DNA from: Cyanobacteriota bacterium
GTDB taxonomy: Bacteria > Cyanobacteriota > Cyanobacteriia > PCC-6307 > Cyanobiaceae
Assembly: GCA_046052125.1 (NCBI GenBank)
Contig: JBJOMY010000005.1
Location: 160,001 to 224,000, forward strand
Direction of reading: 5' to 3'
DNA length: 64,000 nt
The notes under the pieces are model-generated. The model was not told the DNA's origin, made no database searches, and saw only the letters and a program-made list of their open reading frames with translations. Position 1 is the stretch's first letter; each line of letters starts with the position of its first letter. Below, one piece after another: positions 39,004 to 48,989 of this stretch. The translations under genes and the position numbers were made by a program.

Positions 39004-39366
39004 TCAGACGGTTGGCCCTGCAGCCAAGAGCGGCTCCACCAGCACGGCTGTTCCGTAGCAAAGAACCTCGGTAGCGCCGCTGGAGCCGGTTTCCACCGTG
39101 GAGCCGTCGTAACGCATGCCCACGATGGCGTTGGCACCCAGCTGGCGGGCGTGAGCCACCATCTCGTCGTAGGCCTGCTGGCGGGTCTGCTCACACATCG
39201 CTGTGTAGGCACCGATCCGGCCGCCGATCATCGTTTTCAGACCGCCCAGAAACCCCTGGAGCAGCGTTGGCGAACGCACCACGATGCCGCGCACCACTCC
39301 CCGGGTTTCCAGGATTCGGTAGCCCGGCAATTCAAAGGTGGTGGCCACAGGCAGAGGACGGCTCAC
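39004..39366 (-). CDS. YbjQ/UPF0145 family protein
   Basis: GVVRG, GGLKTMIGG, LGANAIVGMRYD, EVLCYGTAV. Confidence 0.92.
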   Translation of the reverse strand: MSRPLPVATTFELPGYRILETRGVVRGIVVRSPTLLQGFLGGLKTMIGGRIGAYTAMCEQTRQQAYDEMVAHARQLGANAIVGMRYDGSTVETGSSGATEVLCYGTAVLVEPLLAAGPTV

Positions 39367-40490
39367 AGCACCTGATGCGAACGGATCTGCAGATCAGAGC
39401 GCTCCACCCCCAAAAGAAGCGCACTGCTGGAACCGGCCTGAATCTCGACGCCATCAGGCGTGGAGCGCACCGAATCAATCGCCGCGGCGAAGCGCAAGCG
39501 ATCGCCCTCTGACACGGAGAAGTCGTGAATGGTTTTAGCTCCATGGCTCACGCGGAATACATCCCGACCCGAGCCACCCCAGAGCTGATCCACGCCGCGG
39601 CCTGGCTGAATCCAATCATCTCCGGCATCACCCCAGATCTGGTCATCGCCGGCGAAACCCTTGAGCCGATCGTTGCCTTGCGCCCCGTAAATCACTTCAT
39701 CGAGGCGGGTTCCGAGGATCAGATCACTGTCCACACCGCCAGAGAGGGGCAAACCAGGAACACCCCGGGCAATGCCGATGCCATTGGGGGCAAAGTCAAT
39801 CTGGAAAAAGTTGTTGGTGAGATTGTCGCGAAACTGGTTATACACACGCCGATCACCAGCACCCGCACCCGGCTCGATCGTGAGATCCTGCTCGAGGGTC
39901 TTCACCTGTTTGGTCCACCCCTTCGGCAGCTCAGCCTCGAGAAAGGGAGCAACCGGATCTTCGGCGTAGGCCGTATCCACCGATCCAACAATGAAGACAT
40001 TGCCATTGGAATCAGTCGCGAAGCAGTAGTCGATCAATTGGCCGGAGGAATCACGGGCCGCAAACGTCTGCGGCTGATTCTTATCGTTGATCACCAACTG
40101 AATGCTGCCTGGAGGGGCCGGCGCCACCAAAGCAGCTGAATAACGCGTGATACCAGGTTCGTAATCGTCTTTGTTGAATGGCTCAATCGCCATGTAGTTG
40201 AAGGTGTTGTAGAGCCAGGTGTATCCCTGGCTATCGGTGATGTACTCATACTCACCATCCGGCAAGAGGGGACTACTGAGAAACGGCCCCGTAAACAACG
40301 GCGTGCGCAAGCCCGTATTGAGGCTGTAGCCCGGGTCGGGCACATAGGTTGAGAATGCCGAATCGAGCAGCGGGTTATAGCCCTCCGGATAGGGCTCATA
40401 TCCCACATTCACGTACACCTCAACAGGCCCATAGCCAGCCTTATTGAGATTGCCCATGTAGATGAGCTCTGTGGTGCCGGCCATGTTCAC
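39363..40490 (-). CDS. RTX (hemolysin-type Ca2+-binding) protein with uncharacterised N-terminal domain
   Basis: C-terminal GAQGNDRLK-GFAGDDQIW-GDAGDDWIQ-PGRGVDQLW-GGSGRDVF and IHDF...GDRL; no signal peptide. Confidence 0.8.
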   Translation of the reverse strand: MNMAGTTELIYMGNLNKAGYGPVEVYVNVGYEPYPEGYNPLLDSAFSTYVPDPGYSLNTGLRTPLFTGPFLSSPLLPDGEYEYITDSQGYTWLYNTFNYMAIEPFNKDDYEPGITRYSAALVAPAPPGSIQLVINDKNQPQTFAARDSSGQLIDYCFATDSNGNVFIVGSVDTAYAEDPVAPFLEAELPKGWTKQVKTLEQDLTIEPGAGAGDRRVYNQFRDNLTNNFFQIDFAPNGIGIARGVPGLPLSGGVDSDLILGTRLDEVIYGAQGNDRLKGFAGDDQIWGDAGDDWIQPGRGVDQLWGGSGRDVFRVSHGAKTIHDFSVSEGDRLRFAAAIDSVRSTPDGVEIQAGSSSALLLGVERSDLQIRSHQVL

Positions 40491-40594
40491 CCAACGCGGT
40501 GCTCAGCGCGTTTTAACCGCAGAGACATGAAGGTTTGCAGACCTGCGCACATGGCTTCATGTTTGCGCGAATCCCAGCCAGACCCAAATGAGAA

Positions 40595-40860
40595 GGGGCC
40601 TTCCAGCCCCCATGAATCATTTGGTTGATAAGGCTGATCTAACCCCATCTCCCTTTAAGGGTCAGGCGGCCACAGGGGCGGCTTGACGGGAGAAACGAAC
40701 GATGTTGTTCGCTGTTACGTGTTTGCTCTTACCGAGCAGGCTTCAGTCACCCTCCTCATGCCCCGTCGAAACCATTGCAGCCCCATGAAGTGGAGCTGAG
40801 CGGAATCGAACCGCTGTCCGAAACACTGGTGTGAGCCACCTAGTCCGGCCGAAACCGGAC
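40595..40860 (-). ncRNA. ssrA: Permuted (two-piece) tmRNA
   Basis: On the minus strand the acceptor 3' half (...GGTTCGATTCCGCTCAGCTCCA, ending 40791) precedes a 6-nt spacer and the GGGGCTGCAATGGTTTCGAC 5' half (from 40784). Tag ORF 40712-40662 = ANNIVRFSRQAAPVAA*. Outer ends approximate. Confidence 0.95.
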
Positions 40861-40903
40861 TCCTGCATTGTGGCAGGAGGAACCGCGGGAGGCAGAGGTG
40901 GGC

Positions 40904-42058
40904 ATGACCGAACAGCAACAGCTCCAGTGCACAGCGGTGCTTCCACCGGGCCTGGAGGAGTGCGGCGCAGCGGAGCTGAGCGAGCTGGGTGCCACCCAGG
41001 TGAAGCCCCTGCGCCGGGCCGTGGCCTTTCGCACCGATCTGGCCGGGTTCTACAGGCTGCAACTGCAGGCACGCCTGCCCTTCCGGCTGCTGCGGCAGCT
41101 GGCGGTGTTTCCCTGCCGCAACCGCGATGAGCTCTATGCAGGTGTGCAACAGGCCGCCGACTGGCACCAATGGCTAACGCCCGAGGTGAGCTTCCGGGTG
41201 GATGCCAGCGGCAGCCTGCCCGGCCTCAACCACAGCCACTACAGCGCCCTGCAGGTGAAAAACGCACTGGTGGACTGGCAGCGCCAGCAGTGGGGTGAGC
41301 GCTCATCAGTGGATCTGGAGGATCCCGACCTGCATCTGCATGTGCACCTGGGCGGCGCTCAGGTGCAGCTCAGCGTGGATGGCAGCGGTGAGAGCCTGCA
41401 CCGCCGCGGCTACCGGCCCCGCATGGGCCTGGCACCGCTGAAGGAAAACCTGGCGGCGGGGCTGATCCGGCTCACCGGCTGGGATGGGCACCGCCCCCTG
41501 GCCGATCCCCTCTGCGGCTCCGGAACGCTGCTGATCGAAGCGGCCTGCATGGCCCTCGGCCGCTCAGCGGGCCTCAATCACCGCTTTGCCCTGGAGCGCT
41601 GGCCCGACTTCAACGCTCAGCTCTGGAGCCAGGCGCTGGAGCAGGCCGGCGCCAGCAGCCGCAACCAGCTGGCCGATGGCAGCAGCCTGGCCCCCGTGCT
41701 CGGCCTGGAGCTGGATGGCGCAGTGGCTGAACAAGGCCAGGCAAATGCAGAAGCAGCGGGAGTGGGCAGTGCTGTGGCGATCCGCTGCGGCGATTTCCGC
41801 GACTTTCAGCCCCCCGCCGGACCGGGTGTGCTGGTGTGCAATCCCCCTTACGGCGAGCGGATCGGGGAGCGCGATGAGCTGGAGCAGCTCTATGGCGACC
41901 TGGGGCAGATGGTGAAAGAACGCTGCAGCGGCTGGGATTTCTGGCTCCTCAGCGGCAATCCCGAGCTCACAGGAGCCCTGCGGATGAAGGCCAGCCGGCG
42001 CATTCCCGTGAGCAATGGCGGCATTGATTGCCGCTGGCTGCACTACGCCGTCCGCTGA
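40904..42058 (+). CDS. THUMP-domain 23S rRNA methyltransferase (RlmL-like)
   Basis: GESLHRRGYR, APLKENLAA, DPLCGSGT, NPPYGER. Confidence 0.92.
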   Translation: MTEQQQLQCTAVLPPGLEECGAAELSELGATQVKPLRRAVAFRTDLAGFYRLQLQARLPFRLLRQLAVFPCRNRDELYAGVQQAADWHQWLTPEVSFRVDASGSLPGLNHSHYSALQVKNALVDWQRQQWGERSSVDLEDPDLHLHVHLGGAQVQLSVDGSGESLHRRGYRPRMGLAPLKENLAAGLIRLTGWDGHRPLADPLCGSGTLLIEAACMALGRSAGLNHRFALERWPDFNAQLWSQALEQAGASSRNQLADGSSLAPVLGLELDGAVAEQGQANAEAAGVGSAVAIRCGDFRDFQPPAGPGVLVCNPPYGERIGERDELEQLYGDLGQMVKERCSGWDFWLLSGNPELTGALRMKASRRIPVSNGGIDCRWLHYAVR

Positions 42059-42104
42059 GGCAGCAGCTCGCGTCCGAGAATTCCACAACCGCGCGCTGCC
42101 CGTG

Positions 42105-43457
42105 ATGCTCCCGACCCTTGGACTGCTGCTGGGCAGCACCGCAGGGGCAGCCGATCCCTCCTTGCAGGCCGTGCCGCTGGAAGCCCAAGTGCTGTTCATC
42201 GGCGTGGTGTTTCTCGGCACGTTGCTGGTGAGTCGCTTCTCGATTCGCATCGGCATCCCGGCAATCCTGGGCGTTCTGGCCCTGGGGCTGATGATCAACA
42301 TCCACGTACTGGATGTGGGCCATTCAGAAGTTGAAACACTGCACGTGTTTGCCCTGGCGCTCCTGCTGTTTTATGCAGGGTTGAAAACAGATATCCAATC
42401 GATCCGCGGCTTTCTTGAATACGGCTTACTCCTGGCCGTGGGCGGTGTTGTGATCTCGACGCTGATCCTCGGTGGAGCGATCTATTGGCTCGCGTCCAGC
42501 AACGGAGCAGGCCTGGCGCCCGGCCTGAGCGACACCATGCCACTCGGCGCCGCCTTTCTGATTGCGGCCTGCCTGGGCTCCACCGACGCGGGGGCAACGT
42601 TGAGCGTCTTACGGCAGGTGCGCCGGCAGGTGCCGGAGCGGGTTCGCCACCTGCTCGAATTCGAATCGTCGGTAAACGATCCAGCCGCACTGATCTTTTA
42701 CAGCATCTGCCTGAGTTTTTTCACAGTCACCAGCAGCGCGGGGCCCTCGATCAATTCGATGGCACTGAGCGCCTCCAGTGAGCTGCTCCAGATGCTGGGA
42801 TCAGGCCTGCTGGTGGGCATTGGCTTTGGCTACATCGCCAAGGTGGTGATCAACCGCTTTGTCGTCGACAAAGAGCAGCTGCTGGTGGTGGCGATGTCGA
42901 TCGCCTTTATGGATTACGGAGCCACCCATTTCCTTGGGGGCTCTGGCTTTGTGGCGGTGTATGTGACGGGCGTGTTCATGGCCAACCTCCGCTACCAGGA
43001 CGAGCAAATCAACCACCAGAGCATTCAGGAGGTGTTGCTGCCGTTCAACACAATGACCGAAATCAGCATCTTTTTGCTGTTCGGTTTGTTGGTAAACCCG
43101 GCCGACCTGGTACCCAGCCTGCCGGCGGGGATCGCCACCGCCGCCGTGCTGATGCTGCTCGCCAGGCCGATCAGCGTGCTCTGCTTTCAGCGCTTTTCGC
43201 CCTTCAACCGCAACGACTCAACCCTGATCGCCTGGTGCGGGCTGCGGGGTGCTGTGCCCTTGGCGTTGTCGTTCAACCTGGCCAACACGATCCCGGAGTT
43301 GAGGGGGCTCACTCCCGAGCTGGCAGCTCAGCTGGCGCAGAACAGCCAGAGCATCGTGTTCATCGCCGTGATCCTCAACCTGCTGCTGCAGGGCCTCTCG
43401 CTGCCGCCGGTGTGCCGCTGGCTCAACGGCCAACAATCGCCCGGGTTGTCTTCGTGA
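42105..43457 (+). CDS. CPA1 cation/proton antiporter (NhaP2/CvrA-like)
   Basis: GSTDAGA, LEFESSVNDP, GLRGAVPLAL; about 12 TM segments. Confidence 0.9.
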   Translation: MLPTLGLLLGSTAGAADPSLQAVPLEAQVLFIGVVFLGTLLVSRFSIRIGIPAILGVLALGLMINIHVLDVGHSEVETLHVFALALLLFYAGLKTDIQSIRGFLEYGLLLAVGGVVISTLILGGAIYWLASSNGAGLAPGLSDTMPLGAAFLIAACLGSTDAGATLSVLRQVRRQVPERVRHLLEFESSVNDPAALIFYSICLSFFTVTSSAGPSINSMALSASSELLQMLGSGLLVGIGFGYIAKVVINRFVVDKEQLLVVAMSIAFMDYGATHFLGGSGFVAVYVTGVFMANLRYQDEQINHQSIQEVLLPFNTMTEISIFLLFGLLVNPADLVPSLPAGIATAAVLMLLARPISVLCFQRFSPFNRNDSTLIAWCGLRGAVPLALSFNLANTIPELRGLTPELAAQLAQNSQSIVFIAVILNLLLQGLSLPPVCRWLNGQQSPGLSS

Positions 43458-43824
43458 GGCCAGCCATCGTTTCGGGCAGGTAAGGCCCTTTGGTGAGCTG
43501 ACCGCCGATGCGCAGCAGCACACCGCTGAACACCAGGTTGAACACCGCGAAGGCGAGCACCGCGGAGATCCAGGTCCACCCCTTCAGCAGCACCAGCCAG
43601 AGCAGCAGCGCCAGCTCAGCCGCGAACACTGCCGCGAGCAGAGCGGCGAGCCCTCCACCGAGGAGCACCGCCCCAACAATCAAGCGGCGCTTTTCGCGAT
43701 CCACCTCCTTGAGGGCGATGCGCACATGCAGATCCATCACGGAGGTCACCAGGCCGGTGACCCGGGAGGCCGCTTCCAGCGGTAGTCCCCGCCGGCGCTC
43801 CTGATTCGGGCTGCTCTCCGTCAT
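43423..43824 (-). CDS. YqjE / phage-holin-like membrane protein
   Basis: DLHVRIALKEVDREKRR, two TM segments, PYLPET; coupled to the DUF883-like gene. Confidence 0.8.
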   Translation of the reverse strand: MTESSPNQERRRGLPLEAASRVTGLVTSVMDLHVRIALKEVDREKRRLIVGAVLLGGGLAALLAAVFAAELALLLWLVLLKGWTWISAVLAFAVFNLVFSGVLLRIGGQLTKGPYLPETMAGLTKTTRAIVGR

Positions 43825-44294
43825 GCCGAACGCCGGCCCGAAGCCAGCAGCAAGCCCACCAGCACGCCCACGCCGGCCGCCACGCCGAGGGCCATCAGTG
43901 GCCGCTCGCGCACCGGTTTCTCAATGCGGGGGCGCAGGCTGGCGTTGAGGTCATCGAGCAGTTGTTCAAGCTGCTGCTCGAGGGGCCGCAGCGAGTCGGC
44001 CAGCTGATGGGCCTGATCGCCAGTCACCTGCACCAAATCGAGCAGCTGCTGTTTCACCCCCTCACTGGTGCGACCGGTCTGCCGGGCGATCACCTCCACC
44101 ACGGTGTCGAAGCTGCCGCGGGTGGCCTCGAGGGTGTGGCGCGCCACCTCCGGCCACTCGCGCTGGATCGAGGGCAGCAGGGTTTCAAAGTGATCCCGGA
44201 ACTGGCTGGAAAACTGGGAACTCGTGGCCGACTCTGCGGCTGGAGTCTGGGCTTCAGCGTCAGCGGAGGTCTCGCCGGGCGGGTGCGGGTCCAT
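43821..44294 (-). CDS. ElaB/YqjD/DUF883-like protein
   Basis: C-terminal VRERPLMALGVAAGVGVLVGLLL. Confidence 0.8.
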   Translation of the reverse strand: MDPHPPGETSADAEAQTPAAESATSSQFSSQFRDHFETLLPSIQREWPEVARHTLEATRGSFDTVVEVIARQTGRTSEGVKQQLLDLVQVTGDQAHQLADSLRPLEQQLEQLLDDLNASLRPRIEKPVRERPLMALGVAAGVGVLVGLLLASGRRSA

Positions 44295-44398
44295 GGCGAT
44301 CGAGGCAGATGGCCTGCGGTGCTGCGCCCAAGGTAAGGACAGTCTGTTGAAAACGTCACGGGTTCGGCTACCTTGCAGCTGCTCGGCGCTCGGGCCTG

Positions 44399-47300
44399 TT
44401 GGTTCACATCAATCAGGTTGAGCTGACGCACTTCAAGTCGTTCGGGGGGTCGATGACCATCCCCCTCGAGCAAGGCTTCACGGTGGTCACAGGCCCGAAC
44501 GGCTCGGGCAAGAGCAACATCCTTGACGGCGTTCTGTTCTGCCTGGGCCTGGCGAGCAGCCGTGGCATGCGGGCTGAGCGCCTGCCGGATCTGGTGAACA
44601 GCTCCATGCTCAAACAGGGCAAGGCGGCTGAAACCGTGGTGTCGGTGCGCTTCGACCTGAGCGACTGGCAACCCGACGAGGCGGAAGCCGGCCTCGAACC
44701 AGCGGAAGACGGCCCCTGGATCCAACCCGGCCAGCAGAACTGGACGGTGACGCGCCGGCTGCGCATCGCCCCCGGCGGCACCTACGCCAGCATTTACAGC
44801 GCCGATGGCGTGGCCTGCAACCTGCAACAGCTACAAACCCAGCTGCGGCGCCTGCGAGTAGATCCCGAGGGCAGCAACGTGGTGATGCAGGGCGACGTAA
44901 CCCGCATCGTTTCGATGAGTGCCCGGGAGCGGCGCGGGATCATCGATGAGCTGGCCGGTGTGGCCCTGTTCGATTCCCGCATCGAACAAACCCGCAGCAA
45001 GCTCACCGAAGTGCAGGAGCGCGAGGAGCGCTGCGCGATCGTGCAGCAGGAGCTGCTGGTGTCGCGCCAGAAGCTGGAGCGCGACTGCGCCAAGGCCCGC
45101 ACTTACCAAGACCTGCGCGAGCGCTTCCAGCGGGGCCGCCTGCAGGAGCAGCTGCTCAGCTTCGAGCAGGCCCAGGAGCAACAGCGGCAGCTCCTCAGCC
45201 GCCAGGACGCGCTCGGGCGCCAGCAGCAGAGCGATCGGCAGACCATCGCTGAAGCCAAAACCAGCCTCGAGCAATCCGCCAAGGCGCTCGAAGCGCTGCA
45301 AGCCGAGGTGAAGGCCCTGGGGGAAGACAGCCTGCTGGCGGTGCAATCGGAGCTGGCGGGCCTAGAGGCCAGCGGCCGGGAGCTGGCCCGCCAAGCCGAG
45401 AAACATCAACAGAGCGCTGAAGAACTGCAGCGCCAGCGTCAGGAACTGGCCCGCCAACAGGGAGAGCTGCGCCAGCAGCAGAGCCAGCTGGCCGCCCCAG
45501 ACGATGACGCCGCCCTCGAGCAAGCCGAAACCAGCTGCCGCAGCGCCGAAGCCGCCGTGGAGCTCTCGCGCCGCCGGCTCGGCGAGGTAGCGGGCCGCAG
45601 CGGCAGCTGGATGGAGGAGCAGAAGCAGCGCAGCCAGCGGCGCCAGGAGCTCCAGAGCCAGCTCTCCCCCCTGCAGGCGGAGCAGCAGCAACTGGTGGAG
45701 CGCCTGCGCCAGGAGCAGGAGCGGCTGGCTGAGCTGCAACAGCAACTGGCCGATGAGGCCGCCAGCAGCGATGGGGTGGCCAACTCCCTGGGGCAGCTGG
45801 AAACCGAATGGCAGCAACTGCTCCAAGACCTGCAGAGCCAACAAAGCCGAGCCCAGGAACTGGCTGAGGCCCTGGCGCTGCAACAGCGCACCCGCCAACG
45901 GCTCGAGCAAGAGCAGGTGAACCTGGAGCGGGAGATCGCCCGGCTGGAATCCCGGCGCGAAACCCTGCAGGAAAGCCGCGGCACCGGTGCCCTGCGCCTG
46001 CTCCTGGAGGCCGGCCTCGACGGCATCCACGGCCCGGTGGCCCAGCTGGGAGAGGTGGAGGAACTGCACCGGCTTGCTCTGGAGGTGGCCGCCGGCGCCC
46101 GCTTGGGCCAGGTGGTGGTGGATGACGACCGCATCGCCGCCCGCGCCATCGAGCTGCTCAAGAGCCGCCGGGCCGGGCGCCTCACCTTCCTGCCGCTCAA
46201 CAAGATCCGTGGGGGCGCCGGCGGGCCCGGCAACAGCGCAGCCCTGCAGCGGGGCGGCGGCAGCACTGGCGCTGATGGCTTGGTGGGCCGGGCGGTGGAG
46301 CTGGTGCGCTTCGAGCCGGTTTATGGCGAGGTGTTCCGCTACGTGTTCGGCGACACGCTGGTGTTCCGCGATCTGGCCAGCGCCCGGCGCGAGTTGGGCC
46401 GCTGCCGCGCCGTGACCCTCGATGGCGAACTGCTCGAAAAGAGCGGTGCCATGACCGGCGGCAGCCTCCAACAGCGGGGCAACCAGCTCAGCTTCGGTGC
46501 CGCCAGCGATGCCGATGAAGCCGAGCCCCTGCGCCGGCGCTTGCTGGAGCTGGGAGAAACCCTGGCCGCCAGCCGCCGCAAGGAAGCCGAGCTGGGCCGC
46601 CAACTCGAGGAGCTGCGCCCCCAGCTCAGCAGGCTCGAACAGCGCCGCGCCGCCCTTGAGGCCGAACGCAGCGCCGCCCAGCGCGCCAGCGGGCCCTTGC
46701 AGCAACGCCGTGAGCAGCTGCTCAGCCGCATCAGCCAAATCGAAGCGGATCTGGGCTCCGGCCAACAACGGCTGCAAACCCTCGCCGCGGAGCTGGTGCC
46801 TCTGCAGCAGAGCCTGCAGGAGCTGGAAACCCAGGAAGCCAGCTCCCAGGCCAGCGGAGATAGCGAGCGCTGGCAAGGCCTGCAGCAGGAACTCGAGGCC
46901 GCCGACGCCGCCCTCACCGCCGCCCGCAACCAGCGCGATGGCCTGCTCGCCGCTCGCCGCGAACGGGGGCTGGCGGCGGAACGGGTGGCCAGTCAGCTGC
47001 AAGCCCTCACGGGCGAAGAGCAACGGCTGGTGCAGGCCGTGAATGCTCTGGTGGCCGAGCGGGCCGCCTGGAAAGAGCAGCAGCAGGCCGATCAGAGCAA
47101 ACGCGCCGAGCTCGAAGCCCGCCAGCAGGAACTGCAGGAGCGCTTCGGTGAGCGCCGCCGCGCCCGCGATGAAGCCGAGGCCCAGCTCTCGCTGCAGCGC
47201 CAGAGCCTGCAGCAGAAGGAATGGGAGCTGCAACGCCTGGGCGAAGAGCTCGAGGCGCTCGCGGAGCAGCAGCGCAGTGGTGCGCTCCGGCTGGAGCAGC

Positions 47301-48004
47301 TGCAGCGGGAACTGCCCGATCCCCTGCCGGAGATTCCCGAGGAGGTGCGCGAGAACGGCCTGGAGGCCCTGCAGGCCGAGCTCAAGAGCCTGCAGGCGCG
47401 CATGGAGGCCCTGGAGCCGGTGAACATGCTGGCGCTCGAAGAGCTGGAAGAGCTGGAAACCCGCCTGGCGGATCTGCAGGAGCGGCTGGATGTGCTCTGC
47501 AAGGAGCGTGAAGAGCTGCTGCTGCGCATCGAAACCGTGGCCACCCTGCGCCAGGAGGCGTTCATGGAGGCGTTCAACGCCGTAGACGGTCACTTCCGCG
47601 AGATCTTTGCCGGCCTCTCCGATGGCGAAGGCCATTTGCAGCTGGAAAACACCGAGTCGCCGCTCGATGGCGGGCTGAGCCTGGTGGCCCACCCGAAGGG
47701 CAAAGCGGTGCGGCGCCTCGCCTCGATGAGCGGCGGCGAGAAGTCGCTCACGGCCCTGAGCTTCCTGTTTGCGCTGCAGCGCTTCCGCCCCTCGCCCTTC
47801 TATGCCCTCGACGAGGTGGACAGCTTCCTCGATGGGGTGAATGTGGAGCGCCTGGCTGCCCTGATTGCCCAGCAGGCGGAAGCCGCTCAGTTTCTGGTGG
47901 TGAGTCACCGCCGCCCGATGATCGGCGCCGCCACCCGCACCATCGGTGTAACCCAGGCCCGCGGCGCCCACACCCAGGTGGTGGGATTACCACCTGCAGC
48001 CTGA
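44399..48004 (+). CDS. smc: Chromosome segregation protein SMC
   Basis: FKSFG, GPNGSGKSN, coiled coils, hinge (GRLTFLPL; GAMTGG), MSGGEKS, LDEVD. Confidence 0.99.
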   Translation: MVHINQVELTHFKSFGGSMTIPLEQGFTVVTGPNGSGKSNILDGVLFCLGLASSRGMRAERLPDLVNSSMLKQGKAAETVVSVRFDLSDWQPDEAEAGLEPAEDGPWIQPGQQNWTVTRRLRIAPGGTYASIYSADGVACNLQQLQTQLRRLRVDPEGSNVVMQGDVTRIVSMSARERRGIIDELAGVALFDSRIEQTRSKLTEVQEREERCAIVQQELLVSRQKLERDCAKARTYQDLRERFQRGRLQEQLLSFEQAQEQQRQLLSRQDALGRQQQSDRQTIAEAKTSLEQSAKALEALQAEVKALGEDSLLAVQSELAGLEASGRELARQAEKHQQSAEELQRQRQELARQQGELRQQQSQLAAPDDDAALEQAETSCRSAEAAVELSRRRLGEVAGRSGSWMEEQKQRSQRRQELQSQLSPLQAEQQQLVERLRQEQERLAELQQQLADEAASSDGVANSLGQLETEWQQLLQDLQSQQSRAQELAEALALQQRTRQRLEQEQVNLEREIARLESRRETLQESRGTGALRLLLEAGLDGIHGPVAQLGEVEELHRLALEVAAGARLGQVVVDDDRIAARAIELLKSRRAGRLTFLPLNKIRGGAGGPGNSAALQRGGGSTGADGLVGRAVELVRFEPVYGEVFRYVFGDTLVFRDLASARRELGRCRAVTLDGELLEKSGAMTGGSLQQRGNQLSFGAASDADEAEPLRRRLLELGETLAASRRKEAELGRQLEELRPQLSRLEQRRAALEAERSAAQRASGPLQQRREQLLSRISQIEADLGSGQQRLQTLAAELVPLQQSLQELETQEASSQASGDSERWQGLQQELEAADAALTAARNQRDGLLAARRERGLAAERVASQLQALTGEEQRLVQAVNALVAERAAWKEQQQADQSKRAELEARQQELQERFGERRRARDEAEAQLSLQRQSLQQKEWELQRLGEELEALAEQQRSGALRLEQLQRELPDPLPEIPEEVRENGLEALQAELKSLQARMEALEPVNMLALEELEELETRLADLQERLDVLCKEREELLLRIETVATLRQEAFMEAFNAVDGHFREIFAGLSDGEGHLQLENTESPLDGGLSLVAHPKGKAVRRLASMSGGEKSLTALSFLFALQRFRPSPFYALDEVDSFLDGVNVERLAALIAQQAEAAQFLVVSHRRPMIGAATRTIGVTQARGAHTQVVGLPPAA

Positions 48005-48038
48005 AAACCAGGCCTTGCCATTCGGCCACAATGCGCCC

Positions 48039-48971
48039 ATGACAACCACCCCTCCCGGCAGCGACCCGACCGCCACCCCCAGCGATCGCCTCTGGCTGCG
48101 CTCGGAGCTGATGGGCACCCAGGTGATCACCCGCGACTCGGGCCGTCGCCTCGGCGTGGTGGGTGAAGTGGTGGTGGATATCGACCGGCGTGAAGTGGTG
48201 GCGCTGGGCCTGCGCGATAACCCCCTCACCCGCTTCCTGCCAGGGCTGCCGCGCTGGATGCCGCTGCAGAGCATCCGCCAGGTGGGCGATGTGATCTTGG
48301 TGGATTCGGCCGATTCCCTGGCCGAGGGCTTCAACCCGGATCGCTATTCAAAGGTGATCAACTGCCAGGTGGTGACCGAAGCAGGTGAGCAGCTCGGCAA
48401 GGTGCTCGGCTTCAGCTTCGACATCGAAACCGGCGAACTCACCTCCCTGGTGCTCGGGGCGCTCGGGATTCCGCTGCTGGGCGAAGGGGTGCTGAGCACC
48501 TGGGAGCTCACGGTGGAGGAAATCGTGAGCAGCGGCCCGGATCGGATCATCGTGTACGAGGGCGCGGAAGAGAAGCTCAAGCAGCTGGGCACCGGGCTGC
48601 TGGAGAAGCTCGGCGTGGGCGGCCCCAGCTGGGAGCAGGAGGAGCGCGAGCGCTACCGGCTCAACATGGTGCCGGTGGAAAACCAGTTGGCCGCCGGCCA
48701 GCCCAGCGTTCAGGAGCAGCAGCGCCGGATCGAACCGGCCACCAACCGCCGCTTTGAACCGGAAGAGGACTACGACTACGTGGAAGTGGAGCAGCGCCGC
48801 GAGCGCGAACCGCTGCGCCAGCGCCGCTACCTTGATGAGGAGCCCATGGATCCGCAGCCCCGCCGCGGCTACGAGCAGGAAGCGCCGCGCCGCCGCTATG
48901 TGCGCGACGAAGGGCCCCTGGATGTGGAGCCCATCGAAAGCCAAGCCCCCCGTGATGCCGACCGCTGGTAA
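48039..48971 (+). CDS. PRC-barrel domain protein
   Basis: Two PRC barrels (G.QVIT..SGRRLG; QVVTEAGEQLGKV); charged C-terminal tail. Confidence 0.88.
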   Translation: MTTTPPGSDPTATPSDRLWLRSELMGTQVITRDSGRRLGVVGEVVVDIDRREVVALGLRDNPLTRFLPGLPRWMPLQSIRQVGDVILVDSADSLAEGFNPDRYSKVINCQVVTEAGEQLGKVLGFSFDIETGELTSLVLGALGIPLLGEGVLSTWELTVEEIVSSGPDRIIVYEGAEEKLKQLGTGLLEKLGVGGPSWEQEERERYRLNMVPVENQLAAGQPSVQEQQRRIEPATNRRFEPEEDYDYVEVEQRREREPLRQRRYLDEEPMDPQPRRGYEQEAPRRRYVRDEGPLDVEPIESQAPRDADRW

Positions 48972-48989
48972 GCGCGGTCGGCCCTGCGA

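Noticed and set aside
40715..41170. ORFs overlapping the tmRNA and tRNA genes (also 291-704, 329-748, 50607-50897)
   Set aside because: Spurious frames across structural RNA genes.
43423..43824. Holin-like protein as a sign of a prophage
   Set aside because: It is the YqjE-like partner of a DUF883 gene in core context; no phage genes nearby.
45362..47971. 869-aa antisense ORF over smc, and similar long shadow ORFs over pnp, accC, mqo and the S9 peptidase
   Set aside because: Expected from GC-rich codon bias; no recognisable motifs, and each lies opposite a clear core gene.
30238..48089. HIP1 (GCGATCGC) enrichment
   Set aside because: Only scattered copies noticed; enrichment cannot be claimed without a count against expectation.
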